From the NCBI GenBank assembly GCA_001004105.1, contig LCQK01000001.1:102928-166927 (forward strand): a DNA stretch of 64,000 bases, given 5' to 3'. The DNA comes from Candidatus Jorgensenbacteria bacterium GW2011_GWB1_50_10. GTDB taxonomy: Bacteria; Patescibacteriota; Minisyncoccia; UBA6257; GWB1-50-10. Shown piece by piece: positions 22,068 through 32,120 of this stretch; position 1 is the stretch's first letter, and each line of letters opens with the position of its first letter. A program made the translations under genes and the position numbers. The notes beneath the pieces are model-generated. The model ran no database searches, was not told the DNA's origin, and saw nothing but the letters and a program-made list of their open reading frames with translations.

Positions 22068-22744
22068 AGCGCCTCCTCCGCATATTTCATGTCTTCAGGG
22101 GTGGCGATCGGGAACCAAAAATTGGCTTTGACGGCCATCACTTTCTCGTGTTTCGCCATTTCAGCGACGGCGGTTGAAAGATAATATTCGCTGTTTACCG
22201 CATACGGCGGCGGATATTGGAAAATTTTGTTGGTGAGAAGCAGGCCGTTGGCAAGAACCGTATTGGTGGGGGGATTTTCCGGTTTCTCAATTATTTCTTT
22301 AACGGAACCGTCTTCGTTCAAGACCACCACGCCGAAACGGCGCGGGTCGGCGACCTCGCTTACGAGAACCGCCTGTTCATAGTCGGTCATTTTGCGGATC
22401 GTTTCGGCATCTATTAAGTCATCGCCGTAAAAAACAAAGAACCTTTTATCCTTGTCGTTATATACGAGGGGATAGCAAAGAGAGACGGCGTGGTAGGTGC
22501 CGCGCTGATTTTCTTGCTCCACATAACTGACTTTTTTGCCCAGGAATTCGTCCTTGCAGTAATTTTTTATTTGATCCCCAAGGTAGCCCACCACAAGAAT
22601 GATTTCGTCGACGGCCTCAGGCAGTTTTGAAACAAGGTGATAAATCAAGGGCTTGCCCGCGACCTCAAGAAGCGGTTTCGGCTTGGTAAGCGTAAGGGGC
22701 CGCATTCTTACGCCGTTGCCGGCAACTAAAAATATAGCTTTCAT
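22052..22744 (-). CDS. Sugar-phosphate nucleotidyltransferase
   Basis: AGNGVRMRPLT..PKPL, IIEKP. Confidence 0.85.
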   Translation of the reverse strand: MKAIFLVAGNGVRMRPLTLTKPKPLLEVAGKPLIYHLVSKLPEAVDEIILVVGYLGDQIKNYCKDEFLGKKVSYVEQENQRGTYHAVSLCYPLVYNDKDKRFFVFYGDDLIDAETIRKMTDYEQAVLVSEVADPRRFGVVVLNEDGSVKEIIEKPENPPTNTVLANGLLLTNKIFQYPPPYAVNSEYYLSTAVAEMAKHEKVMAVKANFWFPIATPEDMKYAEEALQSRS

Positions 22745-22759
22745 ACTTTTATTTTTTTG

Positions 22760-22834
22760 CGGACCCGACCGGATTTGAACCGGCGATCTTCCCCGTGACA
22801 GGGGGACGTGTTAACCGGGCTACACCACGGGTCC
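22760..22834 (-). tRNA. tRNA-Asp(GTC)
   Basis: Cloverleaf on minus strand, anticodon GTC, T-loop TTCAAAT. Confidence 0.93.
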
Positions 22835-22838
22835 ACTG

Positions 22839-22910
22839 TGCCGGCAGCAGGGATTGAACCTGCGACCTAGGGCTTATGAGTCCCTCGCTCTGCCACTGAG
22901 CTATGCCGGC
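22839..22910 (-). tRNA. tRNA with CAT anticodon (elongator Met or Ile2)
   Basis: GCCGGCA/TGCCGGC acceptor, loop CTCATAA, canonical T arm. Confidence 0.88.
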
Positions 22911-22972
22911 GGCGGTTTTTTTCAATATACATCAGTATTGAATTTTTTCAAATTTATTGCTATCTTAATGAA

Positions 22973-23044
22973 CGCGGGTAGGTGCTCCGGATGCACGGGA
23001 GGCCCATAACCTCCTCGTAGCGGGTCCGATTCCCGCACCCGCAA
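22973..23044 (+). tRNA. Non-canonical initiator-like tRNA(CAT)
   Basis: C1:A72 mismatch; stems GTGC/GCAC, GGAGG/CCTCC, GCGGG/CCCGC; has A8, C33 and C55; promoter TTGAAT-17-TATCTT upstream. Confidence 0.75.
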
Positions 23045-23048
23045 CACA

Positions 23049-24182
23049 ATGAGAGAGATAATAATTAACTCCGAGGAGGAAAAGAAAATACTGAAGGAAC
23101 TGGAAAAAAGAAACGACATTGAAGCAATCCGACTCAAAAGGTTTTTCGGAATGCCGGATTTGTCAAGAACGCCGGGAAGCCCCCTTTACGAGCTGGTTCA
23201 AAGAGTTAAGAAAATCCCCGTTTTTCAAGATTTCGACGACATTAAAATTCCGGAAATCGTTCCAACGCGCGTTTTATTTGACCTTTTTAACATGCCGCCC
23301 GGACATCCGGCGCGAAGCAAATCGGACACTTATTACGTAGACGAGAATCACATCTTGATTACTCATGATACCGTTATGTGGTACTACTATTTCGAGCACC
23401 CGAGGGTTTTGGAAAAAATAGCTGGGGGCGAGGATTTGGGTGTGGTATGTTACGCGAAAGTTTACCGCAAGGACGAGATTGACCAGCACCATATGAACGT
23501 ATTTCACCAGTTCGGTGGCCTCTATCTTACAAGGAATGAGAAGAGAAAAGTCGTTCTTGACGATCTTAAGAATGTCCTGGGAGATGTAGCGAAGAGTGTT
23601 TTTGGTCCCGGCGTGGAGTACAATTTTACTCTTGAAGTTTTTCCCTATACCGATCCGAGCGTTGAAATGAACATCAAGATAAAAGGAAAGTGGGTTGAAA
23701 TGGTCGGCTCCGGGTTGCCTCGCAAAGACGTACTGGCAAATTTTGGGGTGAGTGGTTATAACGGCTGGGCTTTTGGTTTCGGTTTGGAAAGGTTGGCAAT
23801 AGTGAGCATGGATTTACCCGACATCCGTCTCTTATGGTCCGATGACCCGCGAGTAAAGCGTCAGTTGAAACTAGGCAGCAAATTCAAGGAGGTTTCCAAG
23901 TACCCGCCCATCACGAGGGACATTTCGTTTGTGGTCGGTAACAACTTCGTTTCTAACAACTACTTTGACTTGATCCGGGATCTGGGCGGCAGTTTGGTTG
24001 AAGAAGTGAAATTGCTTGATACTTACGAGAACGAAGAAAAATTCGGCAAAGATAAAGTGAGCTACACTTTTCGCATCACTTACCGTTCGCCCGAGCGGAC
24101 GCTCACCAACGAGGAAGTGGACAAGATTCAGAAGGAAATCGAATCCCGCACCCAAGAGGAATTTAAGGCAGTGGTGCGGTAG
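23049..24182 (+). CDS. Monomeric (mitochondrial-type) phenylalanyl-tRNA synthetase-like protein: PheRS-alpha catalytic domain plus FDX-ACB
   Basis: HPARS..DTYY, VYRKDEID..H..VFHQ, FPYTDPS, GWAFGFGLERLA, C-terminal RDISF...YRS.ERTLT. Confidence 0.85.
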   Translation: MREIIINSEEEKKILKELEKRNDIEAIRLKRFFGMPDLSRTPGSPLYELVQRVKKIPVFQDFDDIKIPEIVPTRVLFDLFNMPPGHPARSKSDTYYVDENHILITHDTVMWYYYFEHPRVLEKIAGGEDLGVVCYAKVYRKDEIDQHHMNVFHQFGGLYLTRNEKRKVVLDDLKNVLGDVAKSVFGPGVEYNFTLEVFPYTDPSVEMNIKIKGKWVEMVGSGLPRKDVLANFGVSGYNGWAFGFGLERLAIVSMDLPDIRLLWSDDPRVKRQLKLGSKFKEVSKYPPITRDISFVVGNNFVSNNYFDLIRDLGGSLVEEVKLLDTYENEEKFGKDKVSYTFRITYRSPERTLTNEEVDKIQKEIESRTQEEFKAVVR

Positions 24183-26300
24183 CTACTCCCAATGAGTTTC
24201 TTTTTTGAAATCCGTGAGGCGCTCCCGGAGAGCCGTAAAATTTTTGAGCGACGGGTCTTTTTTTAATATCGCGAGCGCTTCCTCGCGCGCATCTTTCACC
24301 AGTTCCAGATTTTGGAGGGCTTTCATTGCCAAATCCGGCATACCGGTCTGGATGGTACCCAGAAATTCGCCCGGTCCCCGGATCGCCAGATCCCTTTCGG
24401 CCAGTTCAAAACCGTTTTTGGCTTTCACTATTGATTCCAATCTTCGGCGGGTGGTTTTTGATGAAGAATCGGTGAAAAGAAAACAGAATGACTGGTGTTC
24501 TCCGCGGCCGACTCGCCCCCGGAATTGGTAAAGCTGGGCCAAACCGAAGCGGTCGGCTCCTTCAATCATCATAATGGTCGCGTTCGGCACATCCACGCCG
24601 ACCTCCACCACCGAAGTAGCTACTAAAATATCTATTCTTTCGCGTTTATCCGCCGAAGCTTTAGCGAAGGCGGACATGGTTCTTTCTTTTTCTTTTGATG
24701 CCATTTTGCCGTGAAGTACGGAAACGCGCAGGTCCGGGAAGATTTTTTTGGCCAGTTTCTCAAATTCCTCTTTCACGGATTTGATTTCCAGTTTGCCGGT
24801 GTCCGTTTCGTTTTTTTCGCCCGGTTCGATGCGCGGGCAGATGACGAAAACCTGCCGGTCTCTTTTAACCTGGCCGCGGATGAAAGCGTAGGCCTTCTCG
24901 CGGTTTTCGGGGGCAACCACCTTGGTGATTATCGGCTTCCGGTTTTTGGGGAGTTCGGTGATAAGCGACAAATCCAAATCGCCGAACAAAGTAAGCGATA
25001 AAGTGCGGGGGATGGGAGTCGCCGACATAGAAAGGAGATGCGGCACCAAATTTTTGCCGCCCACCAGTTCTTTTCTCTGCTTTACGCCGAAACGGTGCTG
25101 TTCGTCGATGACGACGAGCGCCAAATTGAGGAAGGAAACGTTTTTTTGGATAAGAGCGTGGGTGCCGACCGAGATTTTTATTTTGCCGTTCGATATCTCT
25201 TTCAGGAAATCCGGTTTTTTGATGCTCGACTCCAGTCTATGGCCGTAAAAAATCTTCGCTTCCGACGAAGTCAAAAGCCCGATTTCGGCCCCAAGCTCGC
25301 TGAAAATTTTCTTCAGGGTGCCGTAGTGCTGGCGGGCGAGAATTTCGGTCGGCGCCATGAAAGCGGTCTGTGCGCCGTTTTTGGCGGCAACAAGAGCCGC
25401 GACGGCGGCAATAACTGTTTTGCCGCTCCCCACATCGCCCTGGAGCAGACGGTTCATCGGTTGCGTTTTATTCAGGTCTTTCAGAATCTCCCAGAGGGAT
25501 TTTTTCTGGGTTTCGGTAAGTTCAAAAGGCAGTTTGGAGAGAATCTCCTTAATTTCCTCAATTTTAAATTTGAGCGGCATCGCTTTCTCTTTGGCTATCT
25601 TCAGTTTTTCGGTGAGGACGGTGAACTCCAAGAGTAAAAGGTCTTCAAAAGCGAAGCGGCGCTTGGCGGCGACGGCTTCTTCCAAATTTTCTGGGAAATG
25701 GACGGCCTGAAGCGCCTCGTTTATCTCCGGCAGGTTTTTATTTTTTAAAATGTCGTGAGGAATGAAATCCCTTAACTTTTCCAGTTCGTCCAAAACAGGC
25801 TTTATGAGATAGCGGAGGCCTTTAGAAGTAAGTCCTCTCGTTTCCGGGTAAATCGGCACGATGCGGCCGGTGTGTTTCGTTTCCCTCCAGTCGCTTACGA
25901 GTTCGTAGACGGGGTTCGAAAGATAAATTTCTTCGTTTGAGACAACCACTTTGCCGGAAAAATTCGCGATCCTACCAGGTTGAAGGATGTTTTTGATGTA
26001 GGGCTGGTTGAACCAAACCGCCCGAATGGAGCCGGTTTCATCACTTACAAGCGCCTCCACAATATAGAGATGTTTCCGCCAAGTGCGGCGGCCGCCGATT
26101 TCTTTGATGACTCCCTGAATGGTCGCCTCCTGATTTGGTTCCAAGTCCCGGATAGCGTAAATTTGAGAAAAATCCTCGTAGCGGGTGGGGAAATGCCAGA
26201 GTAAATCTCTAACGTTTTGGATTCCGAGATTTTTCAGTTTGCTCAAAAACCGCGGGCCAATGCCGTAAACTTCCGAGAGCGGCGCGCCAAGCTGAATCAC
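24183..26300 (-). CDS. recG: ATP-dependent DNA helicase RecG
   Basis: RLLQGDVGSGKT, DEQHRFG, SATPIPRT, QFRGRVGR. Confidence 0.96.
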   Translation of the reverse strand: MIQLGAPLSEVYGIGPRFLSKLKNLGIQNVRDLLWHFPTRYEDFSQIYAIRDLEPNQEATIQGVIKEIGGRRTWRKHLYIVEALVSDETGSIRAVWFNQPYIKNILQPGRIANFSGKVVVSNEEIYLSNPVYELVSDWRETKHTGRIVPIYPETRGLTSKGLRYLIKPVLDELEKLRDFIPHDILKNKNLPEINEALQAVHFPENLEEAVAAKRRFAFEDLLLLEFTVLTEKLKIAKEKAMPLKFKIEEIKEILSKLPFELTETQKKSLWEILKDLNKTQPMNRLLQGDVGSGKTVIAAVAALVAAKNGAQTAFMAPTEILARQHYGTLKKIFSELGAEIGLLTSSEAKIFYGHRLESSIKKPDFLKEISNGKIKISVGTHALIQKNVSFLNLALVVIDEQHRFGVKQRKELVGGKNLVPHLLSMSATPIPRTLSLTLFGDLDLSLITELPKNRKPIITKVVAPENREKAYAFIRGQVKRDRQVFVICPRIEPGEKNETDTGKLEIKSVKEEFEKLAKKIFPDLRVSVLHGKMASKEKERTMSAFAKASADKRERIDILVATSVVEVGVDVPNATIMMIEGADRFGLAQLYQFRGRVGRGEHQSFCFLFTDSSSKTTRRRLESIVKAKNGFELAERDLAIRGPGEFLGTIQTGMPDLAMKALQNLELVKDAREEALAILKKDPSLKNFTALRERLTDFKKETHWE

Positions 26301-26322
26301 GCGCCATATTATACCACGAAAT

Positions 26323-27159
26323 TTATTTTTTCTTAAGTTTTTTTCTCAACCGTTCCAGGTAAAGACAGATGCCGAAAAAAACCTGGTCGTTTTTGAGCGC
26401 TTGGAGCGGATTGCGTTTTCTCAAGTCCTCCTTTTGGGTGAGAAGTTCGTTAGCGATAGCGAGGTCGGTTTCGTATGTTTCGGCAATAGCCGGCTGCCCG
26501 ACTGCTCGGGCGTAGGCCGCGAAAGCTTCAAGCTGCAAGCGTATTTCTTCAAGCATAATGATTTGCATCGGGTGCTCGGCAAGCTTCCCCTGGTCGCGGG
26601 CGAGCCAGACGGGGATCAATTGTTCGACTGTTCTTTGGTCGGCGCCCACGACCACCTCGGGTATTTGCTGGACTTCGCCTCGGAGAGAGGAGGATTTGAA
26701 ATATTTCACCTGGGCAAGCTCGCCCCTTTCTATTTTTGAAACGATCCGCTCGAGTTTTTTATCAAGGACCGGGTTAAAAGTGACGTCAATGCCGAGCGCC
26801 AACCGGGAGGTTTTACCCGGTTCGCCGGTGAATTCAACAATTTCATCAACGCCGTTTTTTACGTCATCGTAACGTGACGTCTTCATTGTTCTGGCGTCTG
26901 GTCCGAGCCAGTCGCTTAGTTCGGCCTGTTCGTGGATAATAGCTTCGAGGACGGTCGCCATTTTGCTCGGCTCACGGTATTCCGGGCTGGCCTCAATTTT
27001 TTGAATTTCAGCTAAGTCGCGTTCAACATTATCTTCCCCGTAAAGGTCAATAAAATCTTTTTCTTTAATTACGTCGAGAGCCAAAGCTTCCTCGGCGCGT
27101 CTAAATGCAAGCTCAACATCGGTTTCTTGTTCTATCTCTCTTTCGAATTGATTTCTCAT
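26323..27159 (-). CDS. Hypothetical protein, possible PD-(D/E)xK-like fold
   Basis: 278-aa ORF with YDD..NGVD...GIDVT acidic motif. Confidence 0.65.
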   Translation of the reverse strand: MRNQFEREIEQETDVELAFRRAEEALALDVIKEKDFIDLYGEDNVERDLAEIQKIEASPEYREPSKMATVLEAIIHEQAELSDWLGPDARTMKTSRYDDVKNGVDEIVEFTGEPGKTSRLALGIDVTFNPVLDKKLERIVSKIERGELAQVKYFKSSSLRGEVQQIPEVVVGADQRTVEQLIPVWLARDQGKLAEHPMQIIMLEEIRLQLEAFAAYARAVGQPAIAETYETDLAIANELLTQKEDLRKRNPLQALKNDQVFFGICLYLERLRKKLKKK

Positions 27160-27172
27160 TGAGTTTTTATTG

Positions 27173-27244
27173 TCCGCCCGGTAGGACTTGAACCTACAAC
27201 CGTCTCCTTAAGAGGGAGCTGCTCTGCCATTGAGCTACGGGCGG
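27173..27244 (-). tRNA. tRNA-Lys(CTT)
   Basis: Cloverleaf on minus strand, anticodon loop CTCTTAA. Confidence 0.92.
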
Positions 27245-27318
27245 CTATTTTGGGACTGTTGATAGGTTGAAGTTGCGAAGTATATTATAAGCGATTTGTT
27301 ATAATTATAAAAGAGATT

Positions 27319-27612
27319 ATGGATGGAACAATTGGAGCAGGGTCATCGCCTAAAAAATTAGTCGTTACTATTGTTGTCGCGATAATTGTTGTCGTCCTTC
27401 TTGGCGCGGCTTATTGGTGGTTTGGTCTGCGGGAAGTAAAGACGCCCGAAGAAAAAGCAACCGAATCCTTTGAAAAATCGCTCCAGTCGGCCGGCGCCGG
27501 CGCCTTGCCGGAAATTAATCCGCTTTCTAATCCCCTGGAAGAAATGCCCGACATAAACGCCGTCAGTAAAACCAACCCCTTTAAAGACATTAAAACAAAT
27601 CCATTTGAATAA
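27319..27612 (+). CDS. Small membrane protein
   Basis: TM segment plus repeated NP(F/L) motifs. Confidence 0.75.
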   Translation: MDGTIGAGSSPKKLVVTIVVAIIVVVLLGAAYWWFGLREVKTPEEKATESFEKSLQSAGAGALPEINPLSNPLEEMPDINAVSKTNPFKDIKTNPFE

Positions 27613-27614
27613 TT

Positions 27615-29300
27615 ATGTCTTTCCCGCTCAATCAAAAAAATATTCTCGCCGGCATTATTCTTGGTTTTGCCATTTTCGTTTCTTTGTTTCTCTATGCCGG
27701 CGCCACCTCAAAAGAAGACATAGTTTTTCCGGTACCGGAATTGGGCAGTTGTAAGAGCGAGGGCGATTGCCGAACTTATTGCGATAATCCCAAGAACATC
27801 ACCGCCTGCGTTGCTTTTGCCGAAAAACACAATTTAATTTCACCAGATGAAGCTAAGCAGGCTCGGCAGTTCGCTCAAGTTGGCGTTGGACCCGGCGGCT
27901 GTACCACCAAAGACGCCTGTGAAAATTACTGTAATGACGTCAGTAATATTGATGAGTGTATTTCCTTTGCCGAAAGAAACAACTTGATGCCGCCCGGCGA
28001 GTTGGAAGAGGCGAGAAAAGTTCAGGCCGCTTTAGCGAGAGGCGCAAAACTACCCGGCGGTTGTACCAATAAGCAATCCTGCGACAATTATTGTAATGAC
28101 CCCAGTCATATGGAAGAGTGTATTACTTTCGCCGAGGCCGCGGGATTCATCCCGCCGGATGAATTGGTAGAAGCCAAAAAAGTTTTGGAAGCGGTAAGAC
28201 GTGGCGCAAAACCACCGCCTTGTCGCGGCAGGGCCGAATGTGATGTTTATTGTTCCGAACCCAATAATTTTGAGGCCTGCATTGCTTTTGCCGAAGCAGC
28301 CGGCTTTGTCTCTAGGGAAGAAGCAGCCATGGCTCGTAAAACCGGCGGCAAGGGTCCGGGCAACTGTCGCGGCCGCGAAGAATGCGATAGATTTTGTCAG
28401 GATGAGAATAACTTTGAAACCTGTCTGGCGTTTGCCGAAGAGCATGGTTTTATTTCCAAAGACGAAGTAGAAATGGCTCGGAAGACCGGCGGCAAAGGTC
28501 CGGGCGATTGTAAAAGCAAAGAACAATGCGAAGCATTTTGTGAGAACCCGGCCAATCAGGAAACTTGTTTCAATTTTGCCAAAGAACACGGTTTAATACC
28601 AGAGGAAGATTTGCGGCAAATGGAAGAAGGCAAGCAGCAGATGATGCAAGGTTTTACCGAGGCGCCGAGAGAGGTAATGGAGTGTCTTACGGGCGCTCTT
28701 GGCAGTGAAACAATTGAGAAATTGAAAGCGGGCACGGCAATGCCCAGCCGCGACATCGGCGATAAAATGCGGGAGTGTTTTGAAAAAATGGGGCCGCCAT
28801 CCGGGCAAGGCGGGCCGGGTGGCGGACCACCGTCTGGTTTTGGCGGAGCGCCGGGAGCGGGATTTAGCGGTCCGGGCGGGTGTAAAACTCCCGAAGAATG
28901 CACGACTTATTGTATAGAACATCAGGAAGAGTGCCAGAATTTTGCTCCGCCAGGAGGAGGTGATCAAGGTGGTCAAGGCGGACAAACCGGATCCATTGTT
29001 TGCGACGCCATTATGCCAGAGTGCATAGGATGGGAAGAATTTTGCAAAGCCCGTCCAGATGACCAACGTTGTTCTGCATCAGGTGACGGTTCTTCTCCGC
29101 CTCCCTCGGGAGGTGGTGGCGCTGATTTTAGCGGACCGGGTGGTTGCAAGACTACTGAAGAATGTCAGACCTATTGCACACAAAATTATCAGGATCCGGC
29201 GTGCCAGCAGTTCAGCCCGGGTTCAAGGCTCGAACCGGCTAATCAGGGATTTTTCGCTGGAGTGTTAAGCACCTTCGGGCTGTTATTAGGAATTCGTTAA
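27615..29300 (+). CDS. Secreted Cys-rich repeat protein
   Basis: Repeated GPGxC..xEC..(Y/F)C...C..FA units, Gly/Pro linkers. Confidence 0.85.
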   Translation: MSFPLNQKNILAGIILGFAIFVSLFLYAGATSKEDIVFPVPELGSCKSEGDCRTYCDNPKNITACVAFAEKHNLISPDEAKQARQFAQVGVGPGGCTTKDACENYCNDVSNIDECISFAERNNLMPPGELEEARKVQAALARGAKLPGGCTNKQSCDNYCNDPSHMEECITFAEAAGFIPPDELVEAKKVLEAVRRGAKPPPCRGRAECDVYCSEPNNFEACIAFAEAAGFVSREEAAMARKTGGKGPGNCRGREECDRFCQDENNFETCLAFAEEHGFISKDEVEMARKTGGKGPGDCKSKEQCEAFCENPANQETCFNFAKEHGLIPEEDLRQMEEGKQQMMQGFTEAPREVMECLTGALGSETIEKLKAGTAMPSRDIGDKMRECFEKMGPPSGQGGPGGGPPSGFGGAPGAGFSGPGGCKTPEECTTYCIEHQEECQNFAPPGGGDQGGQGGQTGSIVCDAIMPECIGWEEFCKARPDDQRCSASGDGSSPPPSGGGGADFSGPGGCKTTEECQTYCTQNYQDPACQQFSPGSRLEPANQGFFAGVLSTFGLLLGIR

Positions 29301-29348
29301 AAGTCTAGCTTATCTTGCAAGACATAACTACCCCTAATTTTGATTTTG

Positions 29349-29420
29349 TGCCCTTGAGAGGATTTGAACCCCTAATCCGTGGTCCGAAGCCACGTGTGAT
29401 ATCCGTTTCACTACAAAGGC
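29349..29420 (-). tRNA. tRNA-Arg(TCG)
   Basis: Anticodon arm CGTGG-CTTCGGA-CCACG. Confidence 0.9.
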
Positions 29421-29486
29421 AGAACCTATGGAGATGGGTTCCTATTTTGATTGTATCCCGCGTTTTTCAAGATTACAATTAAATCT

Positions 29487-30941
29487 ATGAAGATTGATGT
29501 CCCCGAAGTCGTAAGAGAAATCGCCGAAGGTTTGGAGGAGACCGGGCACAAGGCCTATCTTGTGGGCGGCTGCGTTCGCGATTTGCTCCTGCACCGCGAA
29601 CCTAAGGATTGGGATATCGCAACCGCCGCTCTGCCGGAGGCGGTTCAAAAAATTTTCCCGGAAAGCGTCTATGAAAACGAGTTCGGCACGGTGGGCGTGA
29701 AAACCGGGAGCGACGAGGAAAATCTGAAAATCGTGGAAGTGACCACTTTCCGGATTGAGGGCCGCTATACCGACAAGCGCCACCCCGACGAAATCAAATT
29801 CGCCAAAACAATTGAAGAGGATTTGAGCCGCCGGGATTTTACGATTAATGCGCTCGCGATGGATATGGCGGGCAGGGTCATTGACCCTTACGGCGGCAAA
29901 GATGATTTGAAGGCGAAAATCATAAAGGCAGTCGGCAATCCGAAGGAAAGATTCAACGAAGACGCGCTCCGCCTCGTGCGGGCCGTGCGGTTTGCCGCCG
30001 AACTTAGATTTGAAGTAGAAAAAGAAACCGGTCGGGCGATTAAAAACGACGCCGGCCTCCTGGAAATGATTGCTAAAGAACGGATTCGGGACGAATTCGT
30101 GAAAATTGTGATGGCGCCGGGTGCCGCGGACAGCATCATTAAACTTGAAGATTATGGTCTGCTTCGCTTCGTTATGCCGGAGTTTCGCGAAGGCATCGGC
30201 TGCGGCCAGAATTTGCACCACATCTACACCGTTTTTGAGCATAATGTGCGGGCCTTGAATTACACGGTTGAAAAAGGTTATCCGCTCCACATTCGGCTTG
30301 CCGCCCTGCTCCACGATGTCGGCAAGCCCCGCACTAAGCATGGCGAAGGCAAGTATTCCACTTTTTACAATCACGAGGTGGTCGGCGCCAAAATGACGAT
30401 GAAAATTTTGGACCGCCTCCATTTCTCCAAAGATTTAGTGGAGCGAGTGGCGCATCTCGTCCGCTCCCATCTTTTTTACTACAACGTGGGCGAAGTGACT
30501 GAGGCCGGCGTCCGGAGGTTTTTAATGAGAGTTGGTCCCGAGAACGTTCCCGATTTGATAAAAGTGCGGGAGGCCGACCGGATAGGTTCCGGCGTTCCCA
30601 AGGCCGTGCCTTATAAAATCCGCCACCTCCTTTTTATGATTGAGAAGGTGAAGAACGACCCAATCAGCCCCAAGATGCTCAAGGTGGATGGGAATGACGT
30701 CATGAAAATTTTGGGGCTCCCGCCGGGACCGAAAGTCGGGCAAATTTTAAGCGTGCTTTTGGAGGACGTTTTGGACGACCCGGCCAAAAACAAAAGCGAT
30801 TTTTTGGAAAATCGGGTGGGGGAGCTGGGGCACTTGAAAGAAGAGAGCTTAAGAGCGCTTTCCTTGAAAGCCGAGACGAAGAAGGAGGAATTTGAAAGCG
30901 GAGTTGAAAGAGAAATCAAAAAGAAATACCATGTGAGTTGA
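29487..30941 (+). CDS. cca: CCA tRNA nucleotidyltransferase / poly(A) polymerase family with HD domain
   Basis: VGGCVRD, DWD, RRDFTINA, EDALR, LLHDVGK. Confidence 0.9.
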   Translation: MKIDVPEVVREIAEGLEETGHKAYLVGGCVRDLLLHREPKDWDIATAALPEAVQKIFPESVYENEFGTVGVKTGSDEENLKIVEVTTFRIEGRYTDKRHPDEIKFAKTIEEDLSRRDFTINALAMDMAGRVIDPYGGKDDLKAKIIKAVGNPKERFNEDALRLVRAVRFAAELRFEVEKETGRAIKNDAGLLEMIAKERIRDEFVKIVMAPGAADSIIKLEDYGLLRFVMPEFREGIGCGQNLHHIYTVFEHNVRALNYTVEKGYPLHIRLAALLHDVGKPRTKHGEGKYSTFYNHEVVGAKMTMKILDRLHFSKDLVERVAHLVRSHLFYYNVGEVTEAGVRRFLMRVGPENVPDLIKVREADRIGSGVPKAVPYKIRHLLFMIEKVKNDPISPKMLKVDGNDVMKILGLPPGPKVGQILSVLLEDVLDDPAKNKSDFLENRVGELGHLKEESLRALSLKAETKKEEFESGVEREIKKKYHVS

Positions 30942-30943
30942 CT

Positions 30944-31014
30944 CGGGGTGTCGTATAGTGGCAGTACGCAGGGTTCGGGACTCTGTAGTCTGGGTTCGAT
31001 TCCCAGCACCCCGA
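30944..31014 (+). tRNA. tRNA-Pro(CGG)
   Basis: CGGGGTG/CACCCCG acceptor, loop TTCGGGA. Confidence 0.9.
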
Positions 31015-31020
31015 CATTTC

Positions 31021-32112
31021 ATGGAAATAAAATCCGATAAGTTCGGTCCGGAAAACGTTATTGAAGTTTATGAACCCGAAATTGGGATGAAGGGGTTTTT
31101 AGTGATTGACAATACGGTGCTCGGTCCCGGCAAGGGGGGCATCAGAATGACGCCGAACGTGACCAAAGAGGAAGTTTGGCGTCTCGCCCGGACCATGACT
31201 TGGAAGAATGCCTTGGCTGACATCCCTTTCGGCGGCGCCAAAGCGGGAATTGTCTGGCAGGGCGGCGACGGAGCGCAGAAAAAGCAATTCGTTCAGAGTT
31301 TCGCAAAAAGAATTAAAGATTTCATGCCGGACCGTTACATTGCCGGGCCCGACGTTTCGACCGGCGAGAGGGAAATGCGGTGGTTCGTGGAGGCAACCGG
31401 CGACCCGCGTTCGGCAACCGGGAAACCGGAGAGTTTCGGCGGCCTCCCTCATGAATTAGGCAGCACCGGTTTTGGGGTGGCGGAAGCCGCGGCCGTGGCC
31501 GCCGAGATCGGAGGCGTTAACATCAAAAACGCGTCGGTGGCGATTGAGGGTTTTGGCAACGTGGGAAAGTTTGCCGCGAAGCACTTGGTCGGGAAAGGAG
31601 CAAAAATTGTGGCCGTGGCCGACAGCGAGGGAATGATTTACGACCCCAGAGGTCTCGACGTTTTGAAGCTCATAGAAATTAAATCTGGCGGCTGCGCCGT
31701 TTGTGAATATCCGGGAGGGGAAAAGTTACCGCGCGGAGACGTCTTCGGTCTTGAGGTTGATATTCTCATCCCCGCTTCGGTGACCGACGTTATAAACGAA
31801 AAGAACGAAAAATCAATCAAATCAAAAATAATCGTGGAAGGCGCCAACATTCCGATGACCGAGGAGATAGAGAAAGAACTGTGGCAGCGCAACGTTCTTG
31901 TTGTGCCGGATATGGTGGCCAATGCCGGCGGCGTGATTTCCTCTTACGCCGAATATATGGGTTACGGTCCCGACAAAATGTTCGGGCTCGTGGAGGAAAA
32001 GATAAGGAAAAGCGTCGGGGCGGTGCTTCGGTTGAGTCTTGAACAAAAAAGAAATCCCCGCGAAGTCGCCTTAGAGATTGCCAGGGCAAAAATTGAAGCC
32101 AAAGTATTATAA
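31021..32112 (+). CDS. Glu/Leu/Phe/Val dehydrogenase
   Basis: GKGGIR, GGAKAG, GPDV, EGFGNVG, EGAN, NAGGV. Confidence 0.92.
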   Translation: MEIKSDKFGPENVIEVYEPEIGMKGFLVIDNTVLGPGKGGIRMTPNVTKEEVWRLARTMTWKNALADIPFGGAKAGIVWQGGDGAQKKQFVQSFAKRIKDFMPDRYIAGPDVSTGEREMRWFVEATGDPRSATGKPESFGGLPHELGSTGFGVAEAAAVAAEIGGVNIKNASVAIEGFGNVGKFAAKHLVGKGAKIVAVADSEGMIYDPRGLDVLKLIEIKSGGCAVCEYPGGEKLPRGDVFGLEVDILIPASVTDVINEKNEKSIKSKIIVEGANIPMTEEIEKELWQRNVLVVPDMVANAGGVISSYAEYMGYGPDKMFGLVEEKIRKSVGAVLRLSLEQKRNPREVALEIARAKIEAKVL

Positions 32113-32120
32113 TAAAGTTT

